IMG/VR virus record: IMGVR_UViG_3300045049_000056 | Location: 64,001 to 88,355 of that record | Length of the DNA: 24,355 bases | Direction: 5' to 3' (one strand) | DNA from: a virus | Lineage: Duplodnaviria > Heunggongvirae > Uroviricota > Caudoviricetes | Shown: positions 14,652-23,149 of the stretch, piece by piece | Numbering within the stretch: position 1 is the first letter of the stretch | How the letters are laid out: the number at the start of each line of letters is the position of its first letter | Translations under genes and position numbers: made by a program | The notes under the pieces: model-generated | The model's input: only the letters and a program-made list of their open reading frames with translations | Database searches by the model: none | What the model was told of the DNA's origin: nothing

Positions 14652-15215
14652 ATGAATGATACTATTAAACGTGTGGAAGTTGAAAGAATTACAAAGATAA
14701 CAATTGATGAGATAGACGCGCTGCCGGGAATCTATGTGGTGCACTGTCCTAAAACCGGATACACCAAGTTTGGGCGTGCAATGAAGATGCGCGATAGGTT
14801 GCAGAACTACGAATCAATGTGCTTAAACGGCGGCGGGGTTGTAATTCTCGCTAAAACTATGTCACCTAAGATGATAACAGTTGCGGAAGACGTGTTGTTG
14901 TCTATCGCAACGACAAGACTTAAACATATTGACAAACACGAATATTTCTTGTGTGAATCTGAAGAAGTAGCGAGAAAGATTCTTGAGGATAGTATCTTGT
15001 ACTTGACTAAATATTATGTGCAGATTCGCGACATACTACGCCCTCTGCTAGATGAAATGTGGACTGTAGGAAATGAGTCACAAAGTACCGAAGAGTTCCA
15101 GCGAAAAGCAAGCGAAGTTTATGAAAAGATTTGGGGTTGCGCTGCTAAAATTAAGCACGCTGAACACATGGAAGTTTACTATCTTACACACCAATCAGCA
15201 ATTGTTGAGGAATAG
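14652..15215 (+). CDS. GIY-YIG superfamily, T5orf172/MUG113-like protein (cassette gene 3)
   Basis: PGIYVV..YTKFGRA..RDRLQNY..AEDVLL..HEYF pattern. Confidence 0.7.
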   Translation: MNDTIKRVEVERITKITIDEIDALPGIYVVHCPKTGYTKFGRAMKMRDRLQNYESMCLNGGGVVILAKTMSPKMITVAEDVLLSIATTRLKHIDKHEYFLCESEEVARKILEDSILYLTKYYVQIRDILRPLLDEMWTVGNESQSTEEFQRKASEVYEKIWGCAAKIKHAEHMEVYYLTHQSAIVEE

Positions 15216-15233
15216 ACGCGTAAGCCACACCCC

Positions 15234-15255
15234 AAAAGGCGCTTGTGCGCCCTTG
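15234..15255. terminator. Terminator at the convergence point, clearest on the minus strand
   Basis: Minus strand GGCGC-ACAA-GCGCC-TTTT. Confidence 0.6.
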
Positions 15256-15284
15256 TCTGGAATTGTCCTGACGGAATGTTGCTG

Positions 15285-15500
15285 TCAATTCCCGTCCACA
15301 TCTTCCGAATCATCATCCTCATACGGGTCATGTTCTTTAGCATCAGTTTCGACAATCCGATGTTCCCTTGCTTTCTCTTGTGCAATCTTTTCAGTAATGG
15401 TGCGTTGAAACTTTGCTTCCTCTTCCTGAGACAATACGGGGTTGCGGAATCCGTCAAGGCTTTCCGCCTCCATCTCTGCCAGTGTTTGAATCTTTTGCAT
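15285..15500 (-). CDS. Acidic hypothetical protein
   Basis: GGAGG SD before MQKIQ. Confidence 0.75.
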   Translation of the reverse strand: MQKIQTLAEMEAESLDGFRNPVLSQEEEAKFQRTITEKIAQEKAREHRIVETDAKEHDPYEDDDSEDVDGN

Positions 15501-15553
15501 GATATCACCCTCCCAAATCATCCAGCCTCGCCCTGTGCTTAGCCCTTGTGTGT

Positions 15554-15583
15554 ATAGTAGACCACGCAAGAGGCGCATGTCAA
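15554..15583 (-). promoter_or_regulatory. Early-type sigma70 promoter
   Basis: CATGC-TTGACA-18-TACTAT. Confidence 0.7.
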
Positions 15584-15597
15584 GCATGTTAAGCACG

Positions 15598-15786
15598 TTA
15601 TTTTCTAAGCTTCTTCAACATCTTGTCTTGCTCAGGAACCACAAAGGAATAGCCGTACCCTCCATGTGTAGCATTCTCAGAGTTGAAATTCACATGCTCT
15701 AACATCTTTTGCAAGTCATCAATATAACGTTCATCCGTGCACCAAAACACCAAGTCAATTCTAATCTTGCGTTCAAAGTCTTTCAT
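15598..15786 (-). CDS. Hypothetical protein
   Basis: 62 aa, GGAG upstream. Confidence 0.75.
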   Translation of the reverse strand: MKDFERKIRIDLVFWCTDERYIDDLQKMLEHVNFNSENATHGGYGYSFVVPEQDKMLKKLRK

Positions 15787-15924
15787 TTATTCATCTCCTT
15801 CCTTTTGTTTTTCCTTAGCCTCTTTAACTCTCTGTGCTCTAAGCTCGTCGCATTCCTTGCAATTGGCAATTTTACCAAGTGCACGGCAAATGCTGCAAAT
15901 AGGATAACGATGGTATTTGCTCAT
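15787..15924 (-). CDS. Small CxxC-CxxC protein (45 aa)
   Basis: MSKYHRYPICSICRALGKIANCKECDELR... Confidence 0.65.
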   Translation of the reverse strand: MSKYHRYPICSICRALGKIANCKECDELRAQRVKEAKEKQKEGDE

Positions 15925-16298
15925 TCATTCATCTCCTTCGCCACCGTATCAGCACTCACAACAGCCAATGTTTCCAACCTCTCAATCTCAGCCGTCAACA
16001 TAGCGTTAGCGTCCCTTTCGCTCTGCAACGTATTCCTAGCTTCGTCGTAGCCTTTACGGCACTCTTGCAATGCTTCGGAAAGATGTTTGATATGCTGCTC
16101 TTGGGTCTTCACAAAGGATTGATAGACACGCATAATCCTTTCTGTATGTGCCGACGTATCAATCTCAATCGTTCCCACGCTATCGCCCTCTAAATGCGTC
16201 CCTGTGTAAACAACCGTCCGCACATCATCAGGGCCGGGGACAATGGCAACAATCGTTGTCGCATCACATTGGTGTGATACTGCTAATTGAATAATCAT
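15921..16298 (-). CDS. Hypothetical coiled-coil protein
   Basis: 125 aa, coupled. Confidence 0.75.
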   Translation of the reverse strand: MIIQLAVSHQCDATTIVAIVPGPDDVRTVVYTGTHLEGDSVGTIEIDTSAHTERIMRVYQSFVKTQEQHIKHLSEALQECRKGYDEARNTLQSERDANAMLTAEIERLETLAVVSADTVAKEMNE

Positions 16299-16483
16299 CC
16301 TTCACACTCCGGTAATCCGGGCATCCATTGCCAGTGTGTAATCTTATCATCTTCTACGCACTCTACCGGATGAGTACTGACATAATATTGCTCAACAATT
16401 CGTCTGTTGTTCTTCGTCCTAGCAACTAAAACAGTTTGACATGGTGGTAGCATCCTATCTATAACCTTAAACCATTTCATCAT
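16295..16483 (-). CDS. DUF551-like phage protein
   Basis: W..V.DRMLP....VLV...ITHWQWMP.LP pattern. Confidence 0.7.
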   Translation of the reverse strand: MMKWFKVIDRMLPPCQTVLVARTKNNRRIVEQYYVSTHPVECVEDDKITHWQWMPGLPECEG

Positions 16484-16694
16484 TCCTCCCTCTGCCAATT
16501 TGTTGCCTCAAAAGAACACAATACAGCGTCTTTAAGGCCTTCGTATGGCCCACAGCAGCCATTATACCATTCTTTGGCCCATTCCGCCGTTCCGAAGATA
16601 CAGCATTGCACAAGGAATTCATAGCAACAGGCGTTGTGCCAGCTTCCCCGATGTATTTGTCTCTGGGGAGTTCATAATAATATAGGCGTGTCAT
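16467..16694 (-). CDS. Hypothetical protein
   Basis: 75 aa, coupled. Confidence 0.7.
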   Translation of the reverse strand: MTRLYYYELPRDKYIGEAGTTPVAMNSLCNAVSSERRNGPKNGIMAAVGHTKALKTLYCVLLRQQIGRGRNDEMV

Positions 16695-16837
16695 TTGTCC
16701 ACCACTGTTTCTTTCCTAGCTTTCAAACTGTACAGAGCATCAAGGAAGTCGCGAGCGTCAATGTATGGCTGACCACCGTAAGGGTAATACATTGACTCTT
16801 TTACAGCTTCGATTAACTCTTCAATTTCGATTGTCAT
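16691..16837 (-). CDS. Hypothetical protein (48 aa)
   Basis: MTIEIEELIEAVKESMYYPYGGQPYIDA...; ATGA overlaps at both ends. Confidence 0.65.
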   Translation of the reverse strand: MTIEIEELIEAVKESMYYPYGGQPYIDARDFLDALYSLKARKETVVDK

Positions 16838-17193
16838 TTGTATTTCTCCCTAGCTTCAGCTAACAGTGATTCATATTTGACAATCATCTTAGTGCAACGG
16901 TCGATACCTTCCAAATTATCTCTGCTGATATGTTTAAGTTTTGCTGCCTCGTAAATCTTGATTTCATTGCTGTACTTTACCTCAAGCTGTGCAAGAATCT
17001 CTTGATTCGTCATCGGAACATCGTATGTCAAGCATGCTGTCACGTTGCAACCGTGCGTATCGCCTTCTAGGCCGTATGACAAGGTGTGTTCAGGGTTTAG
17101 CGTGTGCAGGTATTCGATTGCTGCTGCAACGCTCATGCCATCGACAGCGTCCAGCCAATTTGTGTCAACTGTGATTTGTTTGATGTAGCTCAC
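16834..17193 (-). CDS. Hypothetical protein
   Basis: GTG start with GAGG SD after a promoter. Confidence 0.75.
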   Translation of the reverse strand: MSYIKQITVDTNWLDAVDGMSVAAAIEYLHTLNPEHTLSYGLEGDTHGCNVTACLTYDVPMTNQEILAQLEVKYSNEIKIYEAAKLKHISRDNLEGIDRCTKMIVKYESLLAEAREKYK

Positions 17194-17224
17194 ATTGCCC
17201 CTCCATTCGTTATCGTATAAGCAC

Positions 17225-17253
17225 ATGGTACAGAAGCCATCCAAGCATGTCAA
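17225..17253 (-). promoter_or_regulatory. Early-type sigma70 promoter
   Basis: AGTGC-TTGACA-17-TACCAT. Confidence 0.85.
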
Positions 17254-17260
17254 GCACTAT

Positions 17261-17596
17261 TTAATATCCGTTCATATCTTTTGCAGACGTGGCGAGAAAC
17301 ACACCTTCTGAGTCAATAGAAATCCCTGTCACCCACAACCCACATGAGCCATAATTGGCAACAAACAATTCTGTATCAAGGTTCATCAAAAACTCGCCGC
17401 CCTTATACCCTGTATATGTTTTTCCGATCTGCTTTCTAAGCACTTTCTTGAACTCTTTTACAGTGACTTCTTTCGTATTGCAGATTGCAAGATGTTCGTA
17501 ATATCCACGGTATGAACAAAACTCTGTTCCGGCATTACGGATGACGCAATCGTTACTGACGTAAGAAAGCGCAGTAATCATTTCTCCAATGTTCAT
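17261..17596 (-). CDS. Conserved-looking phage hypothetical protein
   Basis: SYRGYYEHLA and TYTGYKGGEFLM motifs. Confidence 0.8.
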   Translation of the reverse strand: MNIGEMITALSYVSNDCVIRNAGTEFCSYRGYYEHLAICNTKEVTVKEFKKVLRKQIGKTYTGYKGGEFLMNLDTELFVANYGSCGLWVTGISIDSEGVFLATSAKDMNGY

Positions 17597-17778
17597 TCAA
17601 GCCCCCATTCACCCTCGCCAAAGTAATAATCAAGGAATCTATGCACTGATGTGATTGAATTTACATACTTGCTTTTCAACGTCACATCTTGAGGAAATAC
17701 AATCTCATATCCTTGCGCATTTTTGACGATACAGCATTGATAGACATTATCTCTGTCATAAACTTTTGTTGTAGTCAT
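17593..17778 (-). CDS. Hypothetical protein
   Basis: 61 aa, coupled. Confidence 0.7.
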   Translation of the reverse strand: MTTTKVYDRDNVYQCCIVKNAQGYEIVFPQDVTLKSKYVNSITSVHRFLDYYFGEGEWGLE

Positions 17779-18008
17779 CTCAAAGTAATCCTATCATTGA
17801 CATAAAACGGAGGAACACTAATCGTATTCTCTCCATCATAGAGCATTGCCATTCCGCCCTTAGTAAGCTTCAGCAGCACCCACGGCTTAGAGACATCATA
17901 GTTAGGACCGTATTGTTTACCTTCTGCTGTGTTTACACTGCCCATGAAAGGCCACGATGTAAGATATACAGTTGAGCCTGTCCATTCTTCGATTTGTCGT
18001 CGGTTCAT
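17775..18008 (-). CDS. Hypothetical protein
   Basis: 77 aa, coupled. Confidence 0.75.
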   Translation of the reverse strand: MNRRQIEEWTGSTVYLTSWPFMGSVNTAEGKQYGPNYDVSKPWVLLKLTKGGMAMLYDGENTISVPPFYVNDRITLR

Positions 18009-18268
18009 AACCTAACATTCCCATTCTCATCAATATTACCACTCTCAAAAGCTTCTTTGACAAGGTGTATTGCAGCTTCAATAACCCCGTTCCCTGTCAT
18101 CCATTGAATGAGAGCATGTTGCGTTGAAAAGTCTTGCAAGCCCATTTCGTCATAAGCATCTAGCCACAAATCAATCAAATCAATGTGCGGCATATGAGGA
18201 TTCGTAAGCGTGAAGATTGCCTCTTGCAGGCGCTTACGGGTTTCGGGGGATTTCCAATTTAGGTTCAT
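18005..18268 (-). CDS. Hypothetical protein
   Basis: 87 aa, coupled. Confidence 0.75.
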   Translation of the reverse strand: MNLNWKSPETRKRLQEAIFTLTNPHMPHIDLIDLWLDAYDEMGLQDFSTQHALIQWMTGNGVIEAAIHLVKEAFESGNIDENGNVRL

Positions 18269-18290
18269 TTGTCGTTATACCCCAAATTGT

Positions 18291-18470
18291 TCATTGTTTT
18301 ACCTTAGCTTCATATGTAAATATACCACCCCATGACGTAACGAAATAACCACAGTCCGCCGTACCAACAATAGTTGTGTATTCTTCGGTATCGCCAACGT
18401 TGTATTGTTTCAGCATGTTACCCTCACAATCCCTAAAGACAACAGGTTGTGTAAATTCGATAAGTTTCAT
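18291..18470 (-). CDS. Hypothetical protein
   Basis: MKLIEFTQPVVFRD..., AAGGG SD-like. Confidence 0.7.
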   Translation of the reverse strand: MKLIEFTQPVVFRDCEGNMLKQYNVGDTEEYTTIVGTADCGYFVTSWGGIFTYEAKVKQ

Positions 18471-18472
18471 TG

Positions 18473-18886
18473 TCAATCCCTTATGCTAAGATAACCAAAC
18501 GTTCCCGGTGCTCCGTCGTTATCGTTTTTACTTTTATTTTCCAATGACGGGTACTTGACAACCTGAAGAATATTCTTTGCATAAATCACTAACACATCAT
18601 CACGTTGAATATAATCTTCTACGTCAAGTTTAAACTTCTTCCCGTCGAGTGTCCAAGCGTCACGATGATATTCGGATGCTTCGTCAAGTGTGGCGCGTTC
18701 CTCTAACGAGTAATTCTCTCCGCAGCAATCGCAAGCAATTTCATACGGGTGATGGCCGAAGCGTTCCTCAAAATACTTGATTGCTTCAGCTTCGGGCAAT
18801 TCGATATAGATTTTCGATTTCTCTTTGCCGTCAATCTCAACTTTAACACTGCCACCGCTGTGCATATCCCAAAACAGAGTCCACAT
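18473..18886 (-). CDS. Phage hypothetical protein (FWDMHSGG...CDCCG family)
   Basis: AAAGGA SD before MWTLF. Confidence 0.8.
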   Translation of the reverse strand: MWTLFWDMHSGGSVKVEIDGKEKSKIYIELPEAEAIKYFEERFGHHPYEIACDCCGENYSLEERATLDEASEYHRDAWTLDGKKFKLDVEDYIQRDDVLVIYAKNILQVVKYPSLENKSKNDNDGAPGTFGYLSIRD

Positions 18887-18909
18887 GTTTAATGTTCCTT
18901 TCAAGTTAA

Positions 18910-19065
18910 TTACATCGGTTCCGACGTGTAAGAAGTGCCCCAATCATCTACCCATGCATATTGAATTTCACCTGTCTCTTTGTGCGTACGAGTGCTCAGG
19001 TCCGTGCTGTACGTCCATTTGCTTTCAAACATGCGCGCGAAGAACGATTTCAGTTGTTTTGCCAT
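18910..19065 (-). CDS. Hypothetical protein (51 aa)
   Basis: GGAG SD before MAKQLK, directly after a promoter. Confidence 0.7.
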   Translation of the reverse strand: MAKQLKSFFARMFESKWTYSTDLSTRTHKETGEIQYAWVDDWGTSYTSEPM

Positions 19066-19110
19066 GATTACTCCGGTTGTTTGCCTGTCGGCGGTTAGCT
19101 CATGTGTTGA

Positions 19111-19139
19111 AGCATACCATAGCGATTCAAGGTTTACAA
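19111..19139 (-). promoter_or_regulatory. Early-type sigma70 promoter
   Basis: TGTGC-TTGTAA-17-TATGCT with extended TG. Confidence 0.7.
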
Positions 19140-19244
19140 GCACAATTTATATTGCATAGGACGCTCTATACGTTGCGCAGAACGTCGGACAACATTCGCA
19201 ATGTCTTCGTCTAGATCGTGGCGTAGTGGGCCGTTAAATGCTTC

Positions 19245-19793
19245 CTAGGGGTATTCCTGACGTGAAAGCGAATGCAACCCATCTGTAGCAAGCTGGAAGG
19301 CGATTACACGAAGACTATGATCGGCTTTTGTCAACACACCTAACAGCATTTGCTTTTCTTGCAAGTACACCTTAGCAAAATCCGGGTCATGCTGCACAAT
19401 GCTAGACGTGTTGCTAATCAGGTCGGCACATTTGATTGTCTGAATCCATCCCGGCGCATTAGCTAGGCGTTCTCGTGACAGGCGCTTACGGGTTGCTCTG
19501 TTGCCTTCTTCTAGGTCGGACAGGAGCATGACACCTTCCGTTACGATGGGGCCAAACTTCTGTAACAGAAACTCCTTGCTAACATTCTGATCCTCTACAC
19601 AGTCATGCAGATATGCCACTGCTAAGATATATTCGATATCACTTCGTCCGCCCGATATATCTGGCAACAGGCTAGACACAATTCCGGCAACCTCTGCAAG
19701 ATGATCGAAATACGGTGCATTGGTGTATTTTCTGCGCTGGTCTTTATGCACTTCTCGTGCGAATACCATTGCTTGATATGCTAGGTTCATCAT
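19245..19793 (-). CDS. Small alarmone hydrolase-like HD protein (SpoT/Mesh1 family)
   Basis: H.DQRRK...PY..H, LHDCVED and IKCADLISN motifs. Confidence 0.88.
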   Translation of the reverse strand: MMNLAYQAMVFAREVHKDQRRKYTNAPYFDHLAEVAGIVSSLLPDISGGRSDIEYILAVAYLHDCVEDQNVSKEFLLQKFGPIVTEGVMLLSDLEEGNRATRKRLSRERLANAPGWIQTIKCADLISNTSSIVQHDPDFAKVYLQEKQMLLGVLTKADHSLRVIAFQLATDGLHSLSRQEYP

Positions 19794-20086
19794 TTGTCCT
19801 TAAAAGCTGGAAATTCAGAGAGAAATGGCGCAGTGTCGACCAACTTCTGTTTGTATTCAGAAAGCAATTCTCTTTGCTTTCTTTGATATTCTAGTTCCAA
19901 AATTTTAATCTTGTCATACTGTGTAAATCCCTCGAAGAAATCGCATAGATGAGATGCCCTCATTGCGCCAAATCCCTCTGCAAATACGATGGGATCACCA
20001 TTATTTAGGTTACCTTTTCCACTTACAGCGGCGCCGCGCACATACCGGAAAAGATCATACGGCCAGAATGCATATTCTTCAGTCAT
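19790..20086 (-). CDS. Hypothetical protein
   Basis: MTEEYAFWPYD..., coupled. Confidence 0.75.
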   Translation of the reverse strand: MTEEYAFWPYDLFRYVRGAAVSGKGNLNNGDPIVFAEGFGAMRASHLCDFFEGFTQYDKIKILELEYQRKQRELLSEYKQKLVDTAPFLSEFPAFKDK

Positions 20087-20253
20087 CACGAATTCCCCTG
20101 TGCCCATTCAATGCAAAACGTTTTCGTCCCTGAAAACTGCACACGTTCAAAATTGCTGCACAAGACGACAACCCACGTTGCGCCCTTGCGGATGACGGCG
20201 TAGAGTTCGGATTGATATACAGGTTTCACTACCGTATGTTTGATTGGTTTCAT
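20086..20253 (-). CDS. Hypothetical protein (55 aa)
   Basis: MKPIKHTVVKPVYQSELYAVIRKG...; GGAG SD; TGATG overlap. Confidence 0.65.
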   Translation of the reverse strand: MKPIKHTVVKPVYQSELYAVIRKGATWVVVLCSNFERVQFSGTKTFCIEWAQGNS

Positions 20254-20543
20254 TCTTCGTTCTCCTGAATATATTTCTTCACCGCTGCATCAGCAATGTG
20301 GCGTGCTGTATGAATTGGTTTAAGACTTCTTGTAAATTCAATCAGGTTGCACAACTCGTCATCCGACAAACTACTCTTCGGATATTCCCGTTCAGGTTTG
20401 ATGCGGTATTCCCTGATTACGTCAGTCGGTGGAGTGTTCTTTTCCAAGTCTTGCCATTCGTAAGAGTCATCTAGACGCCATTGAATTAACGTCCCGTTGG
20501 CCCATGCGACGATTATATCTTTGTGGCGATGTGGTTTGTTCAT
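20250..20543 (-). CDS. Phage hypothetical protein
   Basis: MNKPHRHKDIIVAWANG..IQWR pattern. Confidence 0.75.
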   Translation of the reverse strand: MNKPHRHKDIIVAWANGTLIQWRLDDSYEWQDLEKNTPPTDVIREYRIKPEREYPKSSLSDDELCNLIEFTRSLKPIHTARHIADAAVKKYIQENEE

Positions 20544-20544
20544 A

Positions 20545-20739
20545 TCAAAAATCCTTTGTCCAAACAAAACTATCGTTATCAGAATTGTATTCAAGCTTGA
20601 AAGACTCTACTTTGTTTCCTTCCTCATTGAATACGTCTAGGTAGGCATTCGACCATTCCGCTCCATCTGCGAAGGCTGTAGCTTCGTTGAAGAATAGCTT
20701 TATTGGTTCTTCACCTTGTGACAGGACATAGTATTTCAT
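20545..20739 (-). CDS. Hypothetical protein
   Basis: 64 aa, GGAG SD. Confidence 0.75.
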   Translation of the reverse strand: MKYYVLSQGEEPIKLFFNEATAFADGAEWSNAYLDVFNEEGNKVESFKLEYNSDNDSFVWTKDF

Positions 20740-21032
20740 TCTCCCGTCGCTTTCTTAATTGCTGCGCGTGCGTTAATGTATTCTGGAGTGCTTCGGCACC
20801 CCTCGTCAGTGTCGTACAGGTCTGCGATAGCCTGCAAAGCACTCAACAATTCCGGCGCTGCTGCCATCAATCGGGCATTTGCTTCTAGTTCTTCTTGCGG
20901 AGTGCTGCGATAACCATACACATGTGCCCAAAAGCGATTGCGCATTTGCTCTTTGCCACGAAAGAAACTGTCGAATTCTAGAGCATACACAGTTGTGTCT
21001 TCGACAAGCCATTCTTCTTTGGTGTGTTTCAT
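20736..21032 (-). CDS. Phage protein of the ANARLxAAAPELL type
   Basis: EANARLMAAAPELLSAL motif. Confidence 0.8.
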   Translation of the reverse strand: MKHTKEEWLVEDTTVYALEFDSFFRGKEQMRNRFWAHVYGYRSTPQEELEANARLMAAAPELLSALQAIADLYDTDEGCRSTPEYINARAAIKKATGE

Positions 21033-21209
21033 TTATTTCTCCGTAACTAAGCTATCTAACAGTTTGTAAACTTCCTCGCGTGCCCTATCTCTTTCGGACA
21101 ACGCCACGTCTAAGCTCGATTGCTTATTCTTCGCATGTTCAAGCATAGCAGACTTTTCCGCGAACAATGCAATCTTAAGCTTTAGCGTGTGGGCTTGTTG
21201 TTTGTTCAT
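21033..21209 (-). CDS. Hypothetical protein (58 aa)
   Basis: MNKQQAHTLKLKIALF...DSLVTEK; fills the gap. Confidence 0.65.
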   Translation of the reverse strand: MNKQQAHTLKLKIALFAEKSAMLEHAKNKQSSLDVALSERDRAREEVYKLLDSLVTEK

Positions 21210-21442
21210 AGCTCGTCACTTTCCAATTCGTTAAGAATGTCTCTGGCTTTCGACAACCATGCTGGCTCTACGTAAGGTTCAAACCCTCCCTCGTCATCTG
21301 CCCATTCCTTTCCGCACTGACTGCATATCGTCCAGACTGAGCCGCTTCTATATGTTTCGTCGTGCTGGCAAATGTTACTGTCCACTTCCTTAATCAGCGA
21401 TCGCATAGCCTGTGCAACATCAATTTTCTTAACCATTTTCAT
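21206..21442 (-). CDS. Hypothetical protein with putative Zn ribbon
   Basis: CQH...CSQCG. Confidence 0.75.
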   Translation of the reverse strand: MKMVKKIDVAQAMRSLIKEVDSNICQHDETYRSGSVWTICSQCGKEWADDEGGFEPYVEPAWLSKARDILNELESDEL

Positions 21443-21726
21443 TTCCCCTTCTCAAACAATGCGCCAATGGCTAGGCGTGTTTCAAACTTAACAGGATCAC
21501 GGCGGTATTCGATACGTATTTGGCCGTTAACACTTCGTGTCACAATCGCGTGTAGCTCGCCTGTGTTGTCGTCGTACACTTCCGCGCTAGATGCCTGATA
21601 ATGATTTACTTGCATATGGGCCACACATTTAGCAACAGCCCAATTGGCATCGCTAGAACTGTTCACCTGTACGGGATCGTGGTAGCGTTTCCCGCGATAA
21701 AATTTTGTCCTAATTGTCCTTTTCAT
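21439..21726 (-). CDS. Hypothetical protein
   Basis: MKRTIRTKFYRG..., ATGA overlap with the endonuclease. Confidence 0.75.
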   Translation of the reverse strand: MKRTIRTKFYRGKRYHDPVQVNSSSDANWAVAKCVAHMQVNHYQASSAEVYDDNTGELHAIVTRSVNGQIRIEYRRDPVKFETRLAIGALFEKGK

Positions 21727-22541
21727 GCTGCGTCCTTTGGTTCGATATTGATACAGAATTCTTCGTATGACCACAGAAAACCGTAAGCACATTTCAAAAT
21801 TGTACTATTAGAAAGCCTTCGCCTGATAGTTGCAATATTCGCATCAGGAAACCCGTTTTGCCTTAACCACGTTTCAGCCTTTTTCACACTTTCAAATTTC
21901 ATACCGTTGGAACAAAATATGTTTCGTATTGTTTTTGTTTTGTATTTGATTGGTTCATCTATTGCGCAATCGTGATTTGTCTCATCAATCACGCCGTTAA
22001 TGATATATCTCCACCTAAATCCTGCGCATGTATCAAGACGACCACTGCAACAGTTTTGAATTCCACCTTTATTAATTTTCACAAAACCTTGACTTTTCAC
22101 CCATTCAGTGGCAGCAGTAATACTATCAAAAGACATTCCGTTAGAGCATACAACAGGAGTTTTCGGCCTGTTCTCACTCATCTTTCTTCGTGTCTCCTCG
22201 GATTGCACATGCCCCATTTTTGCGGCGCTAATTCGTTTGCAGTGTTCTTCAGTTCTCACAAGACCGCTAATTCCTTCTCCACCGTCAGTTAAGTTTGTCA
22301 AAGGATGCCCGGCCTCACGATAGAATTTGATCAATTCAATCTCTAAATCGAATGCATCACTCTCGGTTAGTTCTTTTTCCACATACTCTATAATCACGCC
22401 ATGTTTCTTGGCTGTCCGCTGCCAATATTCGTTGCGTTTGGTTGACTGAGATGCCCTTGGTCCGGCGCCTTTCCCGACGTAAAACACTTCGTTATCTGTT
22501 GCACGACGGTGGAGATACACATAAAAATCTTTTCGTTCCAT
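21723..22541 (-). CDS. Free-standing GIY-YIG homing endonuclease with NUMOD3 and two NUMOD1-like repeats
   Basis: FYVYLH..VFYVGKG..R..E..LI..LTNLTDGGEG; HSEETRRKMS-like segments; two CSNGM.F.S repeats. Confidence 0.9.
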   Translation of the reverse strand: MERKDFYVYLHRRATDNEVFYVGKGAGPRASQSTKRNEYWQRTAKKHGVIIEYVEKELTESDAFDLEIELIKFYREAGHPLTNLTDGGEGISGLVRTEEHCKRISAAKMGHVQSEETRRKMSENRPKTPVVCSNGMSFDSITAATEWVKSQGFVKINKGGIQNCCSGRLDTCAGFRWRYIINGVIDETNHDCAIDEPIKYKTKTIRNIFCSNGMKFESVKKAETWLRQNGFPDANIATIRRRLSNSTILKCAYGFLWSYEEFCINIEPKDAA

Positions 22542-22675
22542 ACAAGCTCCCTAAAGATTTAATCTTAACATTTGATAAGATTTTTGTCTGTAGGTAACTT
22601 GATGTTTTTACAATGCATTTTGTCTTACGAACTCTGTAGGTGTTTGTCTTACAAGATGCATTGTTGTATGCATCC

Positions 22676-22704
22676 ATTATGCCCGCGTCACACAAGCACG
22701 TCAA
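22676..22704 (-). promoter_or_regulatory. Early-type sigma70 promoter
   Basis: AGTGC-TTGACG-17-CATAAT. Confidence 0.75.
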
Positions 22705-22712
22705 GCACTTTC

Positions 22713-22898
22713 TTACACGTCGTCGTCTTTCTTTTCCCACTTAATGACAAGAATGTCGCCCATCCACAATTCCACCCGCTGAATATTGTGTTCCAGCACT
22801 TTGAGACGATACATTTGCCCCATCTGTGCAGAATCGTGAGAATGAAAATCGTAATACACCCCTGACGAATACCACCACTTGAGCACTGTATCAGCCAT
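22713..22898 (-). CDS. Hypothetical protein
   Basis: AAGGG SD-like before MADTVLKWW. Confidence 0.65.
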   Translation of the reverse strand: MADTVLKWWYSSGVYYDFHSHDSAQMGQMYRLKVLEHNIQRVELWMGDILVIKWEKKDDDV

Positions 22899-22900
22899 GG

Positions 22901-23149
22901 CTAGCCCTTTGTCAGAATCGCCTGAATAACATCTACAGGGACAGATGATTTTCGTAGTTGCTCTACCAGTTCCGCTCGCTCGTTGCAATGTGGCCATTTG
23001 CGAAGCCACCGTAAAGGCTGCGAGCGTTCGCTATAAATGCGCGCTACAGTGTCGCCCGCCAGATTGCGCACAGTGACAGAGGCTTTTTGGCTTCCTTTTT
23101 TGCTGGCGTTTGAAGAGTAGACGAGAAAATTTCCGTGTTGTTCAGCCAT
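22901..23149 (-). CDS. Hypothetical protein
   Basis: 82 aa, AAGGA SD. Confidence 0.75.
   Translation of the reverse strand: MAEQHGNFLVYSSNASKKGSQKASVTVRNLAGDTVARIYSERSQPLRWLRKWPHCNERAELVEQLRKSSVPVDVIQAILTKG

Noticed and set aside
13655-15260. Invertible segment flipped by the serine recombinase
   Set aside because: No inverted repeats longer than about 6 bp were found at the two cassette edges.
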